A stretch of 64,000 nt of DNA from contig OZ024744.1 of assembly GCA_964016885.1 (NCBI GenBank), positions 120,404,001 to 120,468,000 on the forward strand, read 5' to 3'. The notes under the pieces were generated by a model. The model was not told where the DNA came from, did no database searches, and saw only the letters and a program-made list of their open reading frames with translations. A program made the position numbers and the translations under genes. Numbering within the stretch: the stretch's first letter is position 1; each line of letters begins with the position of its first letter. Below, piece by piece: positions 30,401 through 43,899 of this stretch. The stretch is from Eledone cirrhosa (lineage: Eukaryota).

Positions 30401-31184
30401 CATAGTATAAAATCTGTGATCTCTCAATTCAGAGATTCTTTCTTGAGACATTCTAACTCCATGTCCACATTATCAGAGCTGTGATATCTCAATTCAGAGA
30501 TTCTTTCCTTGGACATTCTAACCACATGTCATAGTATCAGTGCTGTGATCTCTCAATTCAGATATTCTTTCCTGAGATATTCTAACCACATGTCATAGTA
30601 TCAAATCTGTGATCTCTCAATTCAGAGATTCTTTCTTGAGACATTCTAACTCCATGTCCACATTATCAGAGCTGTGATATCTCAATTCAGAGATTCTTTC
30701 CTGAGACATTCTAATCACATGTCTGCAGTATCAGAGCTGTATGCTCTCAATTCAGAGATTCTTTCCTGAGACATTCTAACCACATGTCATAGTATTGGAG
30801 CTGTCATCTCTCAATTCAGAGATTCGTTCCTGAGACATTCTAACTGCATGTCCACAGTATCAGAGCTGTTAACTCTCAACTCAGAGATTCTTTCCTGAGA
30901 CATTCTAACCACATGTCATAGTATTAGAGCTGTGATCTCTCAATTTAGAGATTCTTTCCTGAGACATTCTAACCACATGTCATAGTATCAGAGCTGTGAT
31001 ATCTCAATTCAGAGATTCTTTCCTGAGACATTCTAACCACATGTCTGTAGTATCAGAGCAGTATGCTCTCAATTCAGAGATACTTTCCTGCGACATTCTA
31101 ACCACATGTCATAGTATCGGAGCTGTCATCTCTTAATTCAGAGATTCTTTCCTGAGACATTCTAACCACATGTCATAGTATCAG
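27429..31184. repeat. Near-exact tandem duplication of a 29-monomer unit (1865 bp x2)
   Basis: aaaccacctg at 27561 and 29426; gttcctgag (from gattcgttcc) at 28961 and 30826. 1865 = 29x64+9. Confidence 0.92.
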
Positions 31185-31799
31185 TGCTGTGATATCTCAA
31201 TTCAGAGATTCTTTCCTGAGATATTCTAACCACATGTCATAGTATCAGATCTGTGATCTCTCAATTCAGAGATTCTTTCTTGAGACATTCTAACTCCATG
31301 TCCACAGTATCAGAGCTGTGAACTCTCAATTCAGAGATTCTTTCCAGAGACATTCTAACCACATGTCACAGTATCAGAACTGTGATCTCTCAATTCAGAG
31401 ATTCTTTCCTCAGACATTCTAACCACATCTCATAGTATCAGAGCTGTGATCTCTCAATTCAGAGATTCTTTCCTGAGACATTCTAACCACATGTCATAGT
31501 ATCGTATCAGAACTGTGATCACTCAATTCAGAGATTCTTTCCTGAGACATTCTAACCACATATCATAGTATTAGAGCTGGGATCTCTCAATTCAGAGATT
31601 CTTTCCTGAGATATTCTAACAACATGTCATAGTATCAGAGCTGTGATCTCTCAATTCAGAGATTCTTACATGAGACATTCTAACCACATGTCACAGTATC
31701 AGAGCTGTGATATCTCAATTCAGAGATTCTTTCATGAGATATTCTAACAACATGTCATAGTATCAGAGCTGTGATCTCTCAATTCAGAGATTCTTTCAT

Positions 31800-34700
31800 G
31801 AGACATTCTAACCACATGTCACAGTATCAGAGCTGTGATATCTCAATTCAGAGATTCTTTCATGAGGCGTTCTAACTCCATGTCCACAGTATCAGTGCTG
31901 TGATCTCTCAATTCAGATATTCTTTCCTGAGATATTCTAAACACATATCATAGTATCAGAGCTGTGATCTCTCAATTCAGAGATTCTTTCTTGGGATATT
32001 ATAACCACATGTCATAGTATCAGTGCTGTGATCTCTCAATTCAGATATTCTTTCCTGAGACATTCTAACCACATGTCATAGTATCAGAGCTGTGATCTCT
32101 CAATTTAGAGATTCTTTCATGAGATATTCTAACCACATGTCATAGTATCAGATCTGTGATCTCTCAATTCAGAGATTCTTTCCTGAGATATTCTAACCAC
32201 ATGTCATAGTATCAGAGCTGTCATCTCTCAATTAAGAGATTCTTTCCTGAGACATTCTAACCACATGTCATAGTATCAGAGCTGTGATCTCATAATTTAG
32301 AGATTCTTTCATGAGATAATCTAACCACATGTCATAGTATCAGAGCTGTGATCTCTCAATTCAAAGATTCTCTCCTGAGACATTCTAACCACATGTCATT
32401 ATATTAGAGCTGTGATCTCTCAATTCAGAGATTCTTTCCTGAGAAATTCTAACCACATGTCTGTAGTATCAGAGCTGTGATCTCTCAATTCAGAGATTCT
32501 TTCCTGAGACGTTGTAACTCCATATCCACAGTATCAGAGCTGTGATCTCTCAATTCAGAGATTCTTTCCTGAGACATTCTTACCACGTCATAGTATCAGA
32601 GCTGTGATCTCTCAATTTAGAGATTCTTTCCTGAGACATTCTAACTACATGTCATAGTATCAGAACTGTGATCTCTTAATTCAGAGATTCTATCCTGAGA
32701 CATTCTAACCACATGTCATAGTATCAGAGCTGTGATCTCTCAATTCAGAGATTCTTTCCTGAGATATTCTAACCACATGTCATAGTATCAGAGCTGTGAT
32801 CTCTCAACTCAGAGATTCTTTCCTGGGATATTCTAATCACATGTCATAGTATCAGAGCTGTGATCTCTCAATTCAGATATTCTTTCCTGAGACATTCTAA
32901 CCACATGTCATAGTATCAGATCTGTGATCTCTCAATTCAGAGATTCTTTCCTGGGACATTCTAACTACATGTCATAGTATTAGAGGTGTGATCTCTCAAT
33001 TGAGAGCTTCTTTCCTGAGACATTCTTACCACATGTCATAGTATCAGAGCTGTGATCTCTCAATTTAGAGATTCTTTCCTGAGACATTCTAACCACATGT
33101 CATAGTATCAGAGCTGTGATCTCTCAATTCAGAGATTCTTTCCTGAGACATTCTAACCACATGTCATATTATCAGAGCTATGATATCTCAATTGAGAGAT
33201 TCTTTCCTGAGATATTTTAACCACATATCATAGTATCAGAGCTGTCATCTCTCAATTCAGAGATTCTTTCCTGAGACATTCTAACCACATGTCATAGTAT
33301 CAGAGCTGTGATCTCTCAATTTAGAGATTCTTTCATGAGATATTCTAACCACATGTCATAATATCAGAGCTATGATATCTCAATTGAGAGATTCTTTCCT
33401 GAGATATTTTAACCACATATCATAGTAACAGAGCTGTCATCTCTCAATTCAGAGATTCTTTCCTGAGACATTCTAACCACATGTCATAGTATCAGAGCTG
33501 TGATCTTTCAATTCAGAGATTCTTTCCTGAGACATTCTAACCACATGTCTGTAGTATCAGAGCTGTGATCTCTCAATTCAGAGATTCTTTCCTGAGATAT
33601 TCTAACCACATGTCATATTATCAGAGCTGTGATCTCTTAATTTAGAGATTCTTTCATGAGATAATCTAACCACATGTCATAGTATCAGAGCTGTGATCTC
33701 TCAATTCAAAGATTCTCTCCTGAGACATTCTAACCACTTGTCATAGTATTAGAGCTGTGATCTCTCAATTCAGAGATTCTTTCCTGAGAAATTCTAACCA
33801 CATGTCTGTAGTATCAGAGCTGTGATCTCTCAATTCAGAGATTCTTTCCTGAGAGGTTGTAACTCCATATCCACAGTATCAGAGCTGTGATCTCTCAATT
33901 CAGAGATTCTTTCCTGAGACATTCTTACCACATGTCATAGTATCAGAGCTGTGATCTCTCAATTTAGAGATTCTTTCCTGAGACATTCTAACCACATGTC
34001 ATAGTATCAGAACTGTGATCTCTTAATTCAGAGACTCTATCCTGAGACATTCTAACCACATGTCATAGTATCAGAGCTGTGATCTCTCAATTCAGAGATT
34101 CTTTCCTGAGACATTCTAACCACATATCATAGTATTAGACCTGGGATCTCTCAATTCAGAGATTCTTTCCTGAGATATTCTAACAACATGTCATAGTATC
34201 AGAGCTGTGATCTCTCAATTCAGAGATTCTTTCATGAGACATTCTAACCACATGTCACAGTATCAGAGCTGTGATATCTCAATTCAGAGATTCTTTCATG
34301 AGGCGTTCTAACTCCATGTCCACAGTATCAGTGCTGTGATCTCTCAATTCAGATAATCTTTCCTGAGATATTCTAAACACATATCATAGTATCAGAGCTG
34401 TGATCTCTCAATTCAGAGATTCTTTCCTGGGATATTCTAACCACATGTCATAGTATCAGATCTGTGATCTCTCAATTCAGAGATTCTTTCCTGGGATATT
34501 CTAACCACATGTCATAGTATCAGATCTGTGATCTCTCAATTCAGAGATTCTTTCCTGAGACATTCAAACCACATGTCTGTAGTATCAGAGCTGTGATCTC
34601 TCAATTCAGAGAATCTTTCTTGAGACATTCTAACCACATGTCACATTATCAGAGCTGTGATCTCTCAATTCAGAGATTCTTTCCTGGGACATTCTAACCA

Positions 34701-37700
34701 CATGTCATAGTATCAGTGCTGTGATCTCTCAATTCAGATATTCTTTCCTGAGATATTCTAACCACATGTCATAGTATCAGATCTGTGATCTCTCAATTCA
34801 GAGATTCTTTCCTGAGACATTCTAACCACATGTCTGTAATATCAGAGCTGTATGCACTCAATTCAGAGATTCTTTCCTGAGACATTCTAACCACATGTCA
34901 TAGTATCGGAGCTGTGATTTCTCAATTCAGAGACTCTTTCCTGAGATATTCTAACCACATGTCATAGTATAAGAGCTGTGATCTCTCAATTCAGAGATTC
35001 TTTCTTGAGACATTCTAACTCCTTGTCCACCGTATCAGAGCTGTGAACTCTCAATTCAGAGATTCTTTCCTGAGACATTCTAACCACATGTCACAGTATC
35101 AGAGCTGTGATCTCTCAATTCAGAGAATCTTTCTTGAGACATTCTAACCACATGTCACAGTATCAGAGCTGTGATCTCTCAATTCAGAGATTCTTTCCTG
35201 AGACATTCTAAACACATGTCATAGTATCAGAGCTGTGATCTCTCAATTCAGATATTCTTTCCTGAGATATTCTAACCACATGTCATAGTATCAGATCTGT
35301 GATATCTCAATTCAGAGATTCTTTCCTTGGACATTCTAACCACATGTCATAGTATCAGTGCTGTGATCTCTCAATTCAGATATTCTTTCTTGAGACATTC
35401 TAACTCCATGTCCACATTATCAGAGCTGTGATATCTCAATTCAGAGATTCTTTCCTGAGACATTCTAACCACATGTCTGCAGTATCAGAGCTGTATGCTC
35501 TCAATTCAGAGATTCTTTCCTGAGACATTCTAACCACATGTCATAGTATTGGAGCTGTCATCTCTCAATTCAGAGATTCGTTCCTGAGACATTCTAACTG
35601 CATGTCCACAGTATCAGAGCTGTTAACTCTCAACTCAGAGATTCTTTCCTGAGACATTCTAACCACATGTCATAGTATTAGAGCTGTGATCTCTCAATTT
35701 AGAGATTCTTTCCTGAGACATTCTAACCACATGTCATAGTATCAGAGCTGTGATATCTCAATTCAGAGATTCGTCCTGAGACATTCTAACCACATGTCTG
35801 TAGTATCAGAGCAGTATGCTCTCAATTCAGAGATTCTTTCCTGCGACATTCTAACCACATGTCATAGTATCGGAGCTGTCATCTCTCAATTCAGAGATTC
35901 TTTCCTGAGACATTCTAACCACATGTCATAGTATCAGTGCTGTGATATCTCAATTCAGAGATTCTTTCCTGAGACATTCTAACCACATGTCACAGTATCA
36001 GAGCTGTGATATCTCAATTCAGAGATTCTTTCATGAGGCGTTCTAACTCCATGTCCACAGTATCAGTGCTGTGATCTCTCAATTCAGATATTCTTTCCTG
36101 AGATATTCTAAACACATATCATAGTATCAGAGCTGTGATCTCTCAATTCAGAGATTCTTTCTTGGGATATTATAACCACATGTCATAGTATCAGTGCTGT
36201 GATCTCTCAATTCAGATATTCTTTCCTGAGACATTCTAACCACATGTCATAGTATCAGAGCTGTGATCTCTCAATTTAGAGATTCTTTCATGAGATATTC
36301 TAACCACATGTCATAGTATCAGATCTGTGATCTCTCAATTCAGAGATTCTTTCCTGAGATATTCTAACCACATGTCATAGTATCAGAGCTGTCATCTCTC
36401 AATTAAGAGATTCTTTCCTGAGACATTCTAACCACATGTCATAGTATCAGAGCTGTGATCTCATAATTTAGAGATTCTTTCATGAGATAATCTAACCACA
36501 TGTCATAGTATCAGAGCTGTGATCTCTCAATTCAAAGATTCTCTCCTGAGACATTCTAACCACATGTCATTATATTAGAGCTGTGATCTCTCAATTCAGA
36601 GATTCTTTCCTGAGAAATTCTAACCACATGTCTGTAGTATCAGAGCTGTGATCTCTCAATTCAGAGATTCTTTCCTGAGACGTTGTAACTCCATATCCAC
36701 AGTATCAGAGCTGTGATCTCTCAATTCAGAGATTCTTTCCTGAGACATTCTTACCACGTCATAGTATCAGAGCTGTGATCTCTCAATTTAGAGATTCTTT
36801 CCTGAGACATTCTAACCACATGTCATAGTATCAGAACTGTGATCTCTTAATTCAGAGATTCTATCCTGAGACATTCTAACCACATGTCATAGTATCAGAG
36901 CTGTGATCTCTCAATTCAGAGATTCTTTCCTGAGATATTCTAACCACATGTCATAGTATCAGAGCTGTGATCTCTCAACTCAGAGATTCTTTCCTGGGAT
37001 ATTCTAATCACATGTCATAGTATCAGAGCTGTGATCTCTCAATTCAGATATTCTTTCCTGAGACATTCTAACCACATGTCATAGTATCAGATCTGTGATC
37101 TCTCAATTCAGAGATTCTTTCCTGGGACATTCTAACTACATGTCATAGTATTAGAGGTGTGATCTCTCAATTGAGAGCTTCTTTCCTGAGACATTCTTAC
37201 CACATGTCATAGTATCAGAGCTGTGATCTCTCAATTTAGAGATTCTTTCCTGAGACATTCTAACCACATGTCATAGTATCAGAGCTGTGATCTCTCAATT
37301 CAGAGATTCTTTCCTGAGACATTCTAACCACATGTCATATTATCAGAGCTATGATATCTCAATTGAGAGATTCTTTCCTGAGATATTTTAACCACATATC
37401 ATAGTATCAGAGCTGTCATCTCTCAATTCAGAGATTCTTTCCTGAGACATTCTAACCACATGTCATAGTATCAGAGCTGTGATCTCTCAATTTAGAGATT
37501 CTTTCATGAGATATTCTAACCACATGTCATAATATCAGAGCTATGATATCTCAATTGAGAGATTCTTTCCTGAGATATTTTAACCACATATCATAGTAAC
37601 AGAGCTGTCATCTCTCAATTCAGAGATTCTTTCCTGAGACATTCTAACCACATGTCATAGTATCAGAGCTGTGATCTTTCAATTCAGAGATTCTTTCCTG

Positions 37701-40140
37701 AGACATTCTAACCACATGTCTGTAGTATCAGAGCTGTGATCTCTCAATTCAGAGATTCTTTCCTGAGATATTCTAACCACATGTCATATTATCAGAGCTG
37801 TGATCTCTTAATTTAGAGATTCTTTCATGAGATATTCTAACCACATGTCATATTATCAGAGCTGTGATCTCTCAATTCAAAGATTCTCTCCTGAGACATT
37901 CTAACCACTTGTCATAGTATTAGAGCTGTGATCTCTCAATTCAGAGATTCTTTCCTGAGAAATTCTAACCACATGTCTGTAGTATCAGAGCTGTGATCTC
38001 TCAATTCAGAGATTCTTTCCTGAGAGGTTGTAACTCCATATCCACAGTATCAGAGCTGTGATCTCTCAATTCAGAGATTCTTTCCTGAGACATTCTTACC
38101 ACATGTCATAGTATCAGAGCTGTGATCTCTCAATTTAGAGATTCTTTCCTGAGACATTCTAACCACATGTCATAGTATCAGAACTGTGATCTCTTAATTC
38201 AGAGACTCTATCCTGAGACATTCTAACCACATGTCATAGTATCAGAGCTGTGATCTCTCAATTCAGAGATTCTTTCCTGAGACATTCTAACCACATATCA
38301 TAGTATTAGACCTGGGATCTCTCAATTCAGAGATTCTTTCCTGAGATATTCTAACAACATGTCATAGTATCAGAGCTGTGATCTCTCAATTCAGAGATTC
38401 TTTCATGAGACATTCTAACCACATGTCACAGTATCAGAGCTGTGATATCTCAATTCAGAGATTCTTTCATGAGGCGTTCTAACTCCATGTCCACAGTATC
38501 AGTGCTGTGATCTCTCAATTCAGATAATCTTTCCTGAGATATTCTAAACACATATCATAGTATCAGAGCTGTGATCTCTCAATTCAGAGATTCTTTCCTG
38601 GGATATTCTAACCACATGTCATAGTATCAGATCTGTGATCTCTCAATTCAGAGATTCTTTCCTGGGATATTCTAACCACATGTCATAGTATCAGATCTGT
38701 GATCTCTCAATTCAGAGATTCTTTCCTGAGACATTCAAACCACATGTCTGTAGTATCAGAGCTGTGATCTCTCAATTCAGAGAATCTTTCTTGAGACATT
38801 CTAACCACATGTCACATTATCAGAGCTGTGATCTCTCAATTCAGAGATTCTTTCCTGGGACATTCTAACCACATGTCATAGTATCAGTGCTGTGATCTCT
38901 CAATTCAGATATTCTTTCCTGAGATATTCTAACCACATGTCATAGTATCAGATCTGTGATCTCTCAATTCAGAGATTCTTTCCTGAGACATTCTAACCAC
39001 ATGTCTGTAATATCAGAGCTGTATGCACTCAATTCAGAGATTCTTTCCTGAGACATTCTAACCACATGTCATAGTATCGGAGCTGTGATTTCTCAATTCA
39101 GAGACTCTTTCCTGAGATATTCTAACCACATGTCATAGTATAAGAGCTGTGATCTCTCAATTCAGAGATTCTTTCTTGAGACATTCTAACTCCTTGTCCA
39201 CCGTATCAGAGCTGTGAACTCTCAATTCAGAGATTCTTTCCTGAGACATTCTAACCACATGTCACAGTATCAGAGCTGTGATCTCTCAATTCAGAGAATC
39301 TTTCTTGAGACATTCTAACCACATGTCACAGTATCAGAGCTGTGATCTCTCAATTCAGAGATTCTTTCCTGAGACATTCTAAACACATGTCATAGTATCA
39401 GAGCTGTGATCTCTCAATTCAGATATTCTTTCCTGAGATATTCTAACCACATGTCATAGTATCAGATCTGTGATATCTCAATTCAGAGATTCTTTCCTTG
39501 GACATTCTAACCACATGTCATAGTATCAGTGCTGTGATCTCTCAATTCAGATATTCTTTCCTGAGATATTCTAACCACATGTCATATTATCAAATCTGTG
39601 ATCTCTCAATTCAGAGATTCTTTCTTGAGACATTCTAACTCCATGTCCACATTATCAGAGCTGTGATATCTCAATTCAGAGATTCTTTCCTGAGACATTC
39701 TAACCACATGTCTGCAGTATCAGAGCTGTATGCTCTCAATTCAGAGATTCTTTCCTGAGACATTCTAACCACATGTCATAGTATTGGAGCTGTCATCTCT
39801 CAATTCAGAGATTCGTTCCTGAGACATTCTAACTGCATGTCCACAGTATCAGAGCTGTTAACTCTCAACTCAGAGATTCTTTCCTGAGACATTCTAACCA
39901 CATGTCATAGTATTAGAGCTGTGATCTCTCAATTCAGAGATTCTTTCCTGAGACATTCTAACCACATGTCTGTAGTATCAGAGCAGTATGCTCTCAATTC
40001 AGAGATTCTTTCCTGCGACATTCTAACCACATGTCATAGTATCGGAGCTGTCATCTCTCAATTCAGAGATTCTTTCCTGAGACATTCTAACCACATGTCA
40101 TAGTATCAGTGCTGTGATATCTCAATTCAGAGATTCTTTC
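31800..40140. repeat. Tandem duplication of a 65-monomer unit (~4171 bp x2), followed by a partial third copy at ~40.8-43.3 kb
   Basis: 2-bp deletion taccacgtca at 32581 and 36752; agtattagacctggg at 34131 and 38302 (4171), third copy at 41898. Confidence 0.9.
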
Positions 40141-43100
40141 CTGAGATATTCTAACCACATGTCATAGTATCAGATCTGTGATCTCTCAATTCAGAGATTC
40201 TTTCTTGAGACATTCTAACTCCATGTCCACAGTATCAGAGCTGTGAACTCTCAATTCAGAGATTCTTTCCTGAGACATTCTAACCACATGTCACAGTATC
40301 AGAACTGTGATCTCTCAATTCAGAGATTCTTTCCTCAGACATTCTAACCACATCTCATAGTATCAGAGCTGTCATCTCTCAATTCAGAGATTCTTTCCTG
40401 AGACATTCTAACCACATGTCATAGTATCAGAACTGTGATCACTCAATTCAGATATTCTTTCCTGAGACATTCTAACCACATGTCATAGGATCAGATTTGT
40501 GATCTCTCAATTCAGAGATTCTTTCCTGAGATATTCTAACCACATGTCATAGTATCAGAGCTGTGATCTCTCAATTCAGAGATTCTTTCCTGAGACATTC
40601 TAACCACATATCATAGTATTAGAGCTGGGATCTCTCAATTCAGAGATTCTTTCCTGAGATATTCTAACAACATGTCATAGTATCAGAGCTGTGATCTCTC
40701 AATTCAGAGATTCTTTCATGAGACATTCTAACCACATGTCACAGTATCAGAGCTGTGATATCTCAATTCAGAGATTCTTTCATGAGATATTCTAACAACA
40801 TGTCATAGTATCAGAGCTGTGATCTCTCAATTCAGAGATTCTTTCCTGAGACATTCTAACCACATGTCATATTATCAGAGCTATGATATCTCAATTGAGA
40901 GATTCTTTCCTGAGATATTTTAACCACATATCATAGTATCAGAGCTGTCATCTCTCAATTCAGAGATTCTTTCCTGAGACATTCTAACCACATGTCATAG
41001 TATCAGAGCTGTGATCTCTCAATTTAGAGATTCTTTCATGAGATATTCTAACCACATGTCATAATATCAGAGCTATGATATCTCAATTGAGAGATTCTTT
41101 CCTGAGATATTTTAACCACATATCATAGTAACAGAGCTGTCATCTCTCAATTCAGAGATTCTTTCCTGAGACATTCTAACCACATGTCATAGTATCAGAG
41201 CTGTGATCTTTCAATTCAGAGATTCTTTCCTGAGACATTCTAACCACATGTCTGTAGTATCAGAGCTGTGATCTCTCAATTCAGAGATTCTTTCCTGAGA
41301 TATTCTAACCACATGTCATAGTATCAAATCTGTCATCTCTCAATTAAGAGATTCTTTCCTGAGACATTCTAACCACATGTCATATTATCAGAGCTGTGAT
41401 CTCTTAATTTAGAGATTCTTTCATGAGATAATCTAACCACATGTCATAGTATCAGAGCTGTGATCTCTCAATTCAAAGATTCTCTCCTGAGACATTCTAA
41501 CCACTTGTCATAGTATTAGAGCTGTGATCTCTCAATTCAGAGATTCTTTCCTGAGAAATTCTAACCACATGTCTGTAGTATCAGAGCTGTGATCTCTCAA
41601 TTCAGAGATTCTTTCCTGAGAGGTTGTAACTCCATATCCACAGTATCAGAGCTGTGATCTCTCAATTCAGAGATTCTTTCCTGAGACATTCTTACCACAT
41701 GTCATAGTATCAGAGCTGTGATCTCTCAATTTAGAGATTCTTTCCTGAGACATTCTAACCACATGTCATAGTATCAGAACTGTGATCTCTTAATTCAGAG
41801 ACTCTATCCTGAGACATTCTAACCACATGTCATAGTATCAGAGCTGTGATCTCTCAATTCAGAGATTCTTTCCTGAGACATTCTAACCACATATCATAGT
41901 ATTAGACCTGGGATCTCTCAATTCAGAGATTCTTTCCTGAGATATTCTAACAACATGTCATAGTATCAGAGCTGTGATCTCTCAATTCAGAGATTCTTTC
42001 ATGAGACATTCTAACCACATGTCACAGTATCAGGGCTGTGATATCTCAATTCAGAGATTCTTTCATGAGGCGTTCTAACTCCATGTCCACAGTATCAGTG
42101 CTGTGATCTCTCAATTCAGATAATCTTTCCTGAGATATTCTAAACACATATCATAGTATCAGAGCTGTGATCTCTCAATTCAGAGATTCTTTCCTGGGAT
42201 ATTCTAACCACATGTCATAGTATCAGATCTGTGATCTCTCAATTCAGAGATTCTTTCCTGGGATATTCTAACCACATGTCATAGTATCAGATCTGTGATC
42301 TCTCAATTCAGAGATTCTTTCCTGAGACATTCAAACCACATGTCTGTAGTATCAGAGCTGTGATCTCTCAATTCAGAGAATCTTTCTTGAGACATTCTAA
42401 CCACATGTCACATTATCAGAGCTGTGATCTCTCAATTCAGAGATTCTTTCCTGGGACATTCTAACCACATGTCATAGTATCAGTGCTGTGATCTCTCAAT
42501 TCAGATATTCTTTCCTGAGATATTATAACCACATGTCATAGTATCAGATCTGTGATCTCTCAATTCAGAGATTCTTTCCTGAGACATTCTAACCACATGT
42601 CTGTAATATCAGAGCTGTATGCACTCAATTCAGAGATTCTTTCCTGAGACATTCTAACCACATGTCATAGTATCGGAGCTGTGATTTCTCAATTCAGAGA
42701 CTCTTTCCTGAGATATTCTAACCACATGTCATAGTATAAGAGCTGTGATCTCTCAATTCAGAGATTCTTTCTTGAGACATTCTAACTCCTTGTCCACCGT
42801 ATCAGAGCTGTGAACTCTCAATTCAGAGATTCTTTCCTGAGACATTCTAACCACATGTCACAGTATCAGAGCTGTGATCTCTCAATTCAGAGAATCTTTC
42901 TTGAGACATTCTAACCACATGTCACAGTATCAGAGCTGTGATCTCTCAATTCAGAGATTCTTTCCTGAGACATTCTAAACACATGTCATAGTATCAGAGC
43001 TGTGATCTCTCAATTCAGATATTCTTTCCTGAGATATTCTAACCACATGTCATAGTATCAGATCTGTGATCTCTCAATTCAGAGATTCTTTCTTGAGACA

Positions 43101-43899
43101 TTCTAACTCCATGTCCACATTATACGAGCTGTGATATCTCAATTCAGAGATTCTTTCCTTGGACATTCTAACCACATGTCATAGTATCAGTGCTGTGATC
43201 TCTCAATTCAGATATTCTTTCCTGAGATATTCTAACCACATGTCATATTATCAAATCTGTGATCTCTCAATTCAGAGATTCTTTCTTGAGACATTCTAAC
43301 TCCATGTCCACATTATCAGAGCTATGATATCTCAATTCAGAGATTCTTTCCTGAGACATTCTAACCACATGTCATAGTATCAGAGCTGTCATCTCTCAAT
43401 TCAGAGATTCTTTCCTGAGACATTCTAACCACATGTCATAGTATCAGAACTGTGATCTCTTAATTTAGAGATTCTTTCATGAGATATTCTAACTACATGT
43501 CATAGTATCAGTGCTGTGATCTCCCAATTCAGAGATTCTTTCATGAGACATGCTAACCACATGTCATATTATCAGAGCTATGATATCTCAATTCAGAGAT
43601 TCTTTCCTGAGACATTCTAACCACATGTCATAGTATCAGAGCTGTCATCTCTCAATTCAGAGATTCTTTCCTGAGACATTCTAACCACATGTCATAGTAT
43701 CAGAGCTGTGATATCTCAATTCAGAGATTCTTTCCTGAGATATTCTAACCACATGTCATAGTTTCAGAGCTGTCATCTCTCAATTCAGAGATTCTTTCCT
43801 GAGACATTCTAACCACATGTCACAGTATCAGAGCTGTGATCTCTCAATTCAGAGATTCTTTCCTGAGACATTCTAACCACATGTCATAGTATCAGAGCT

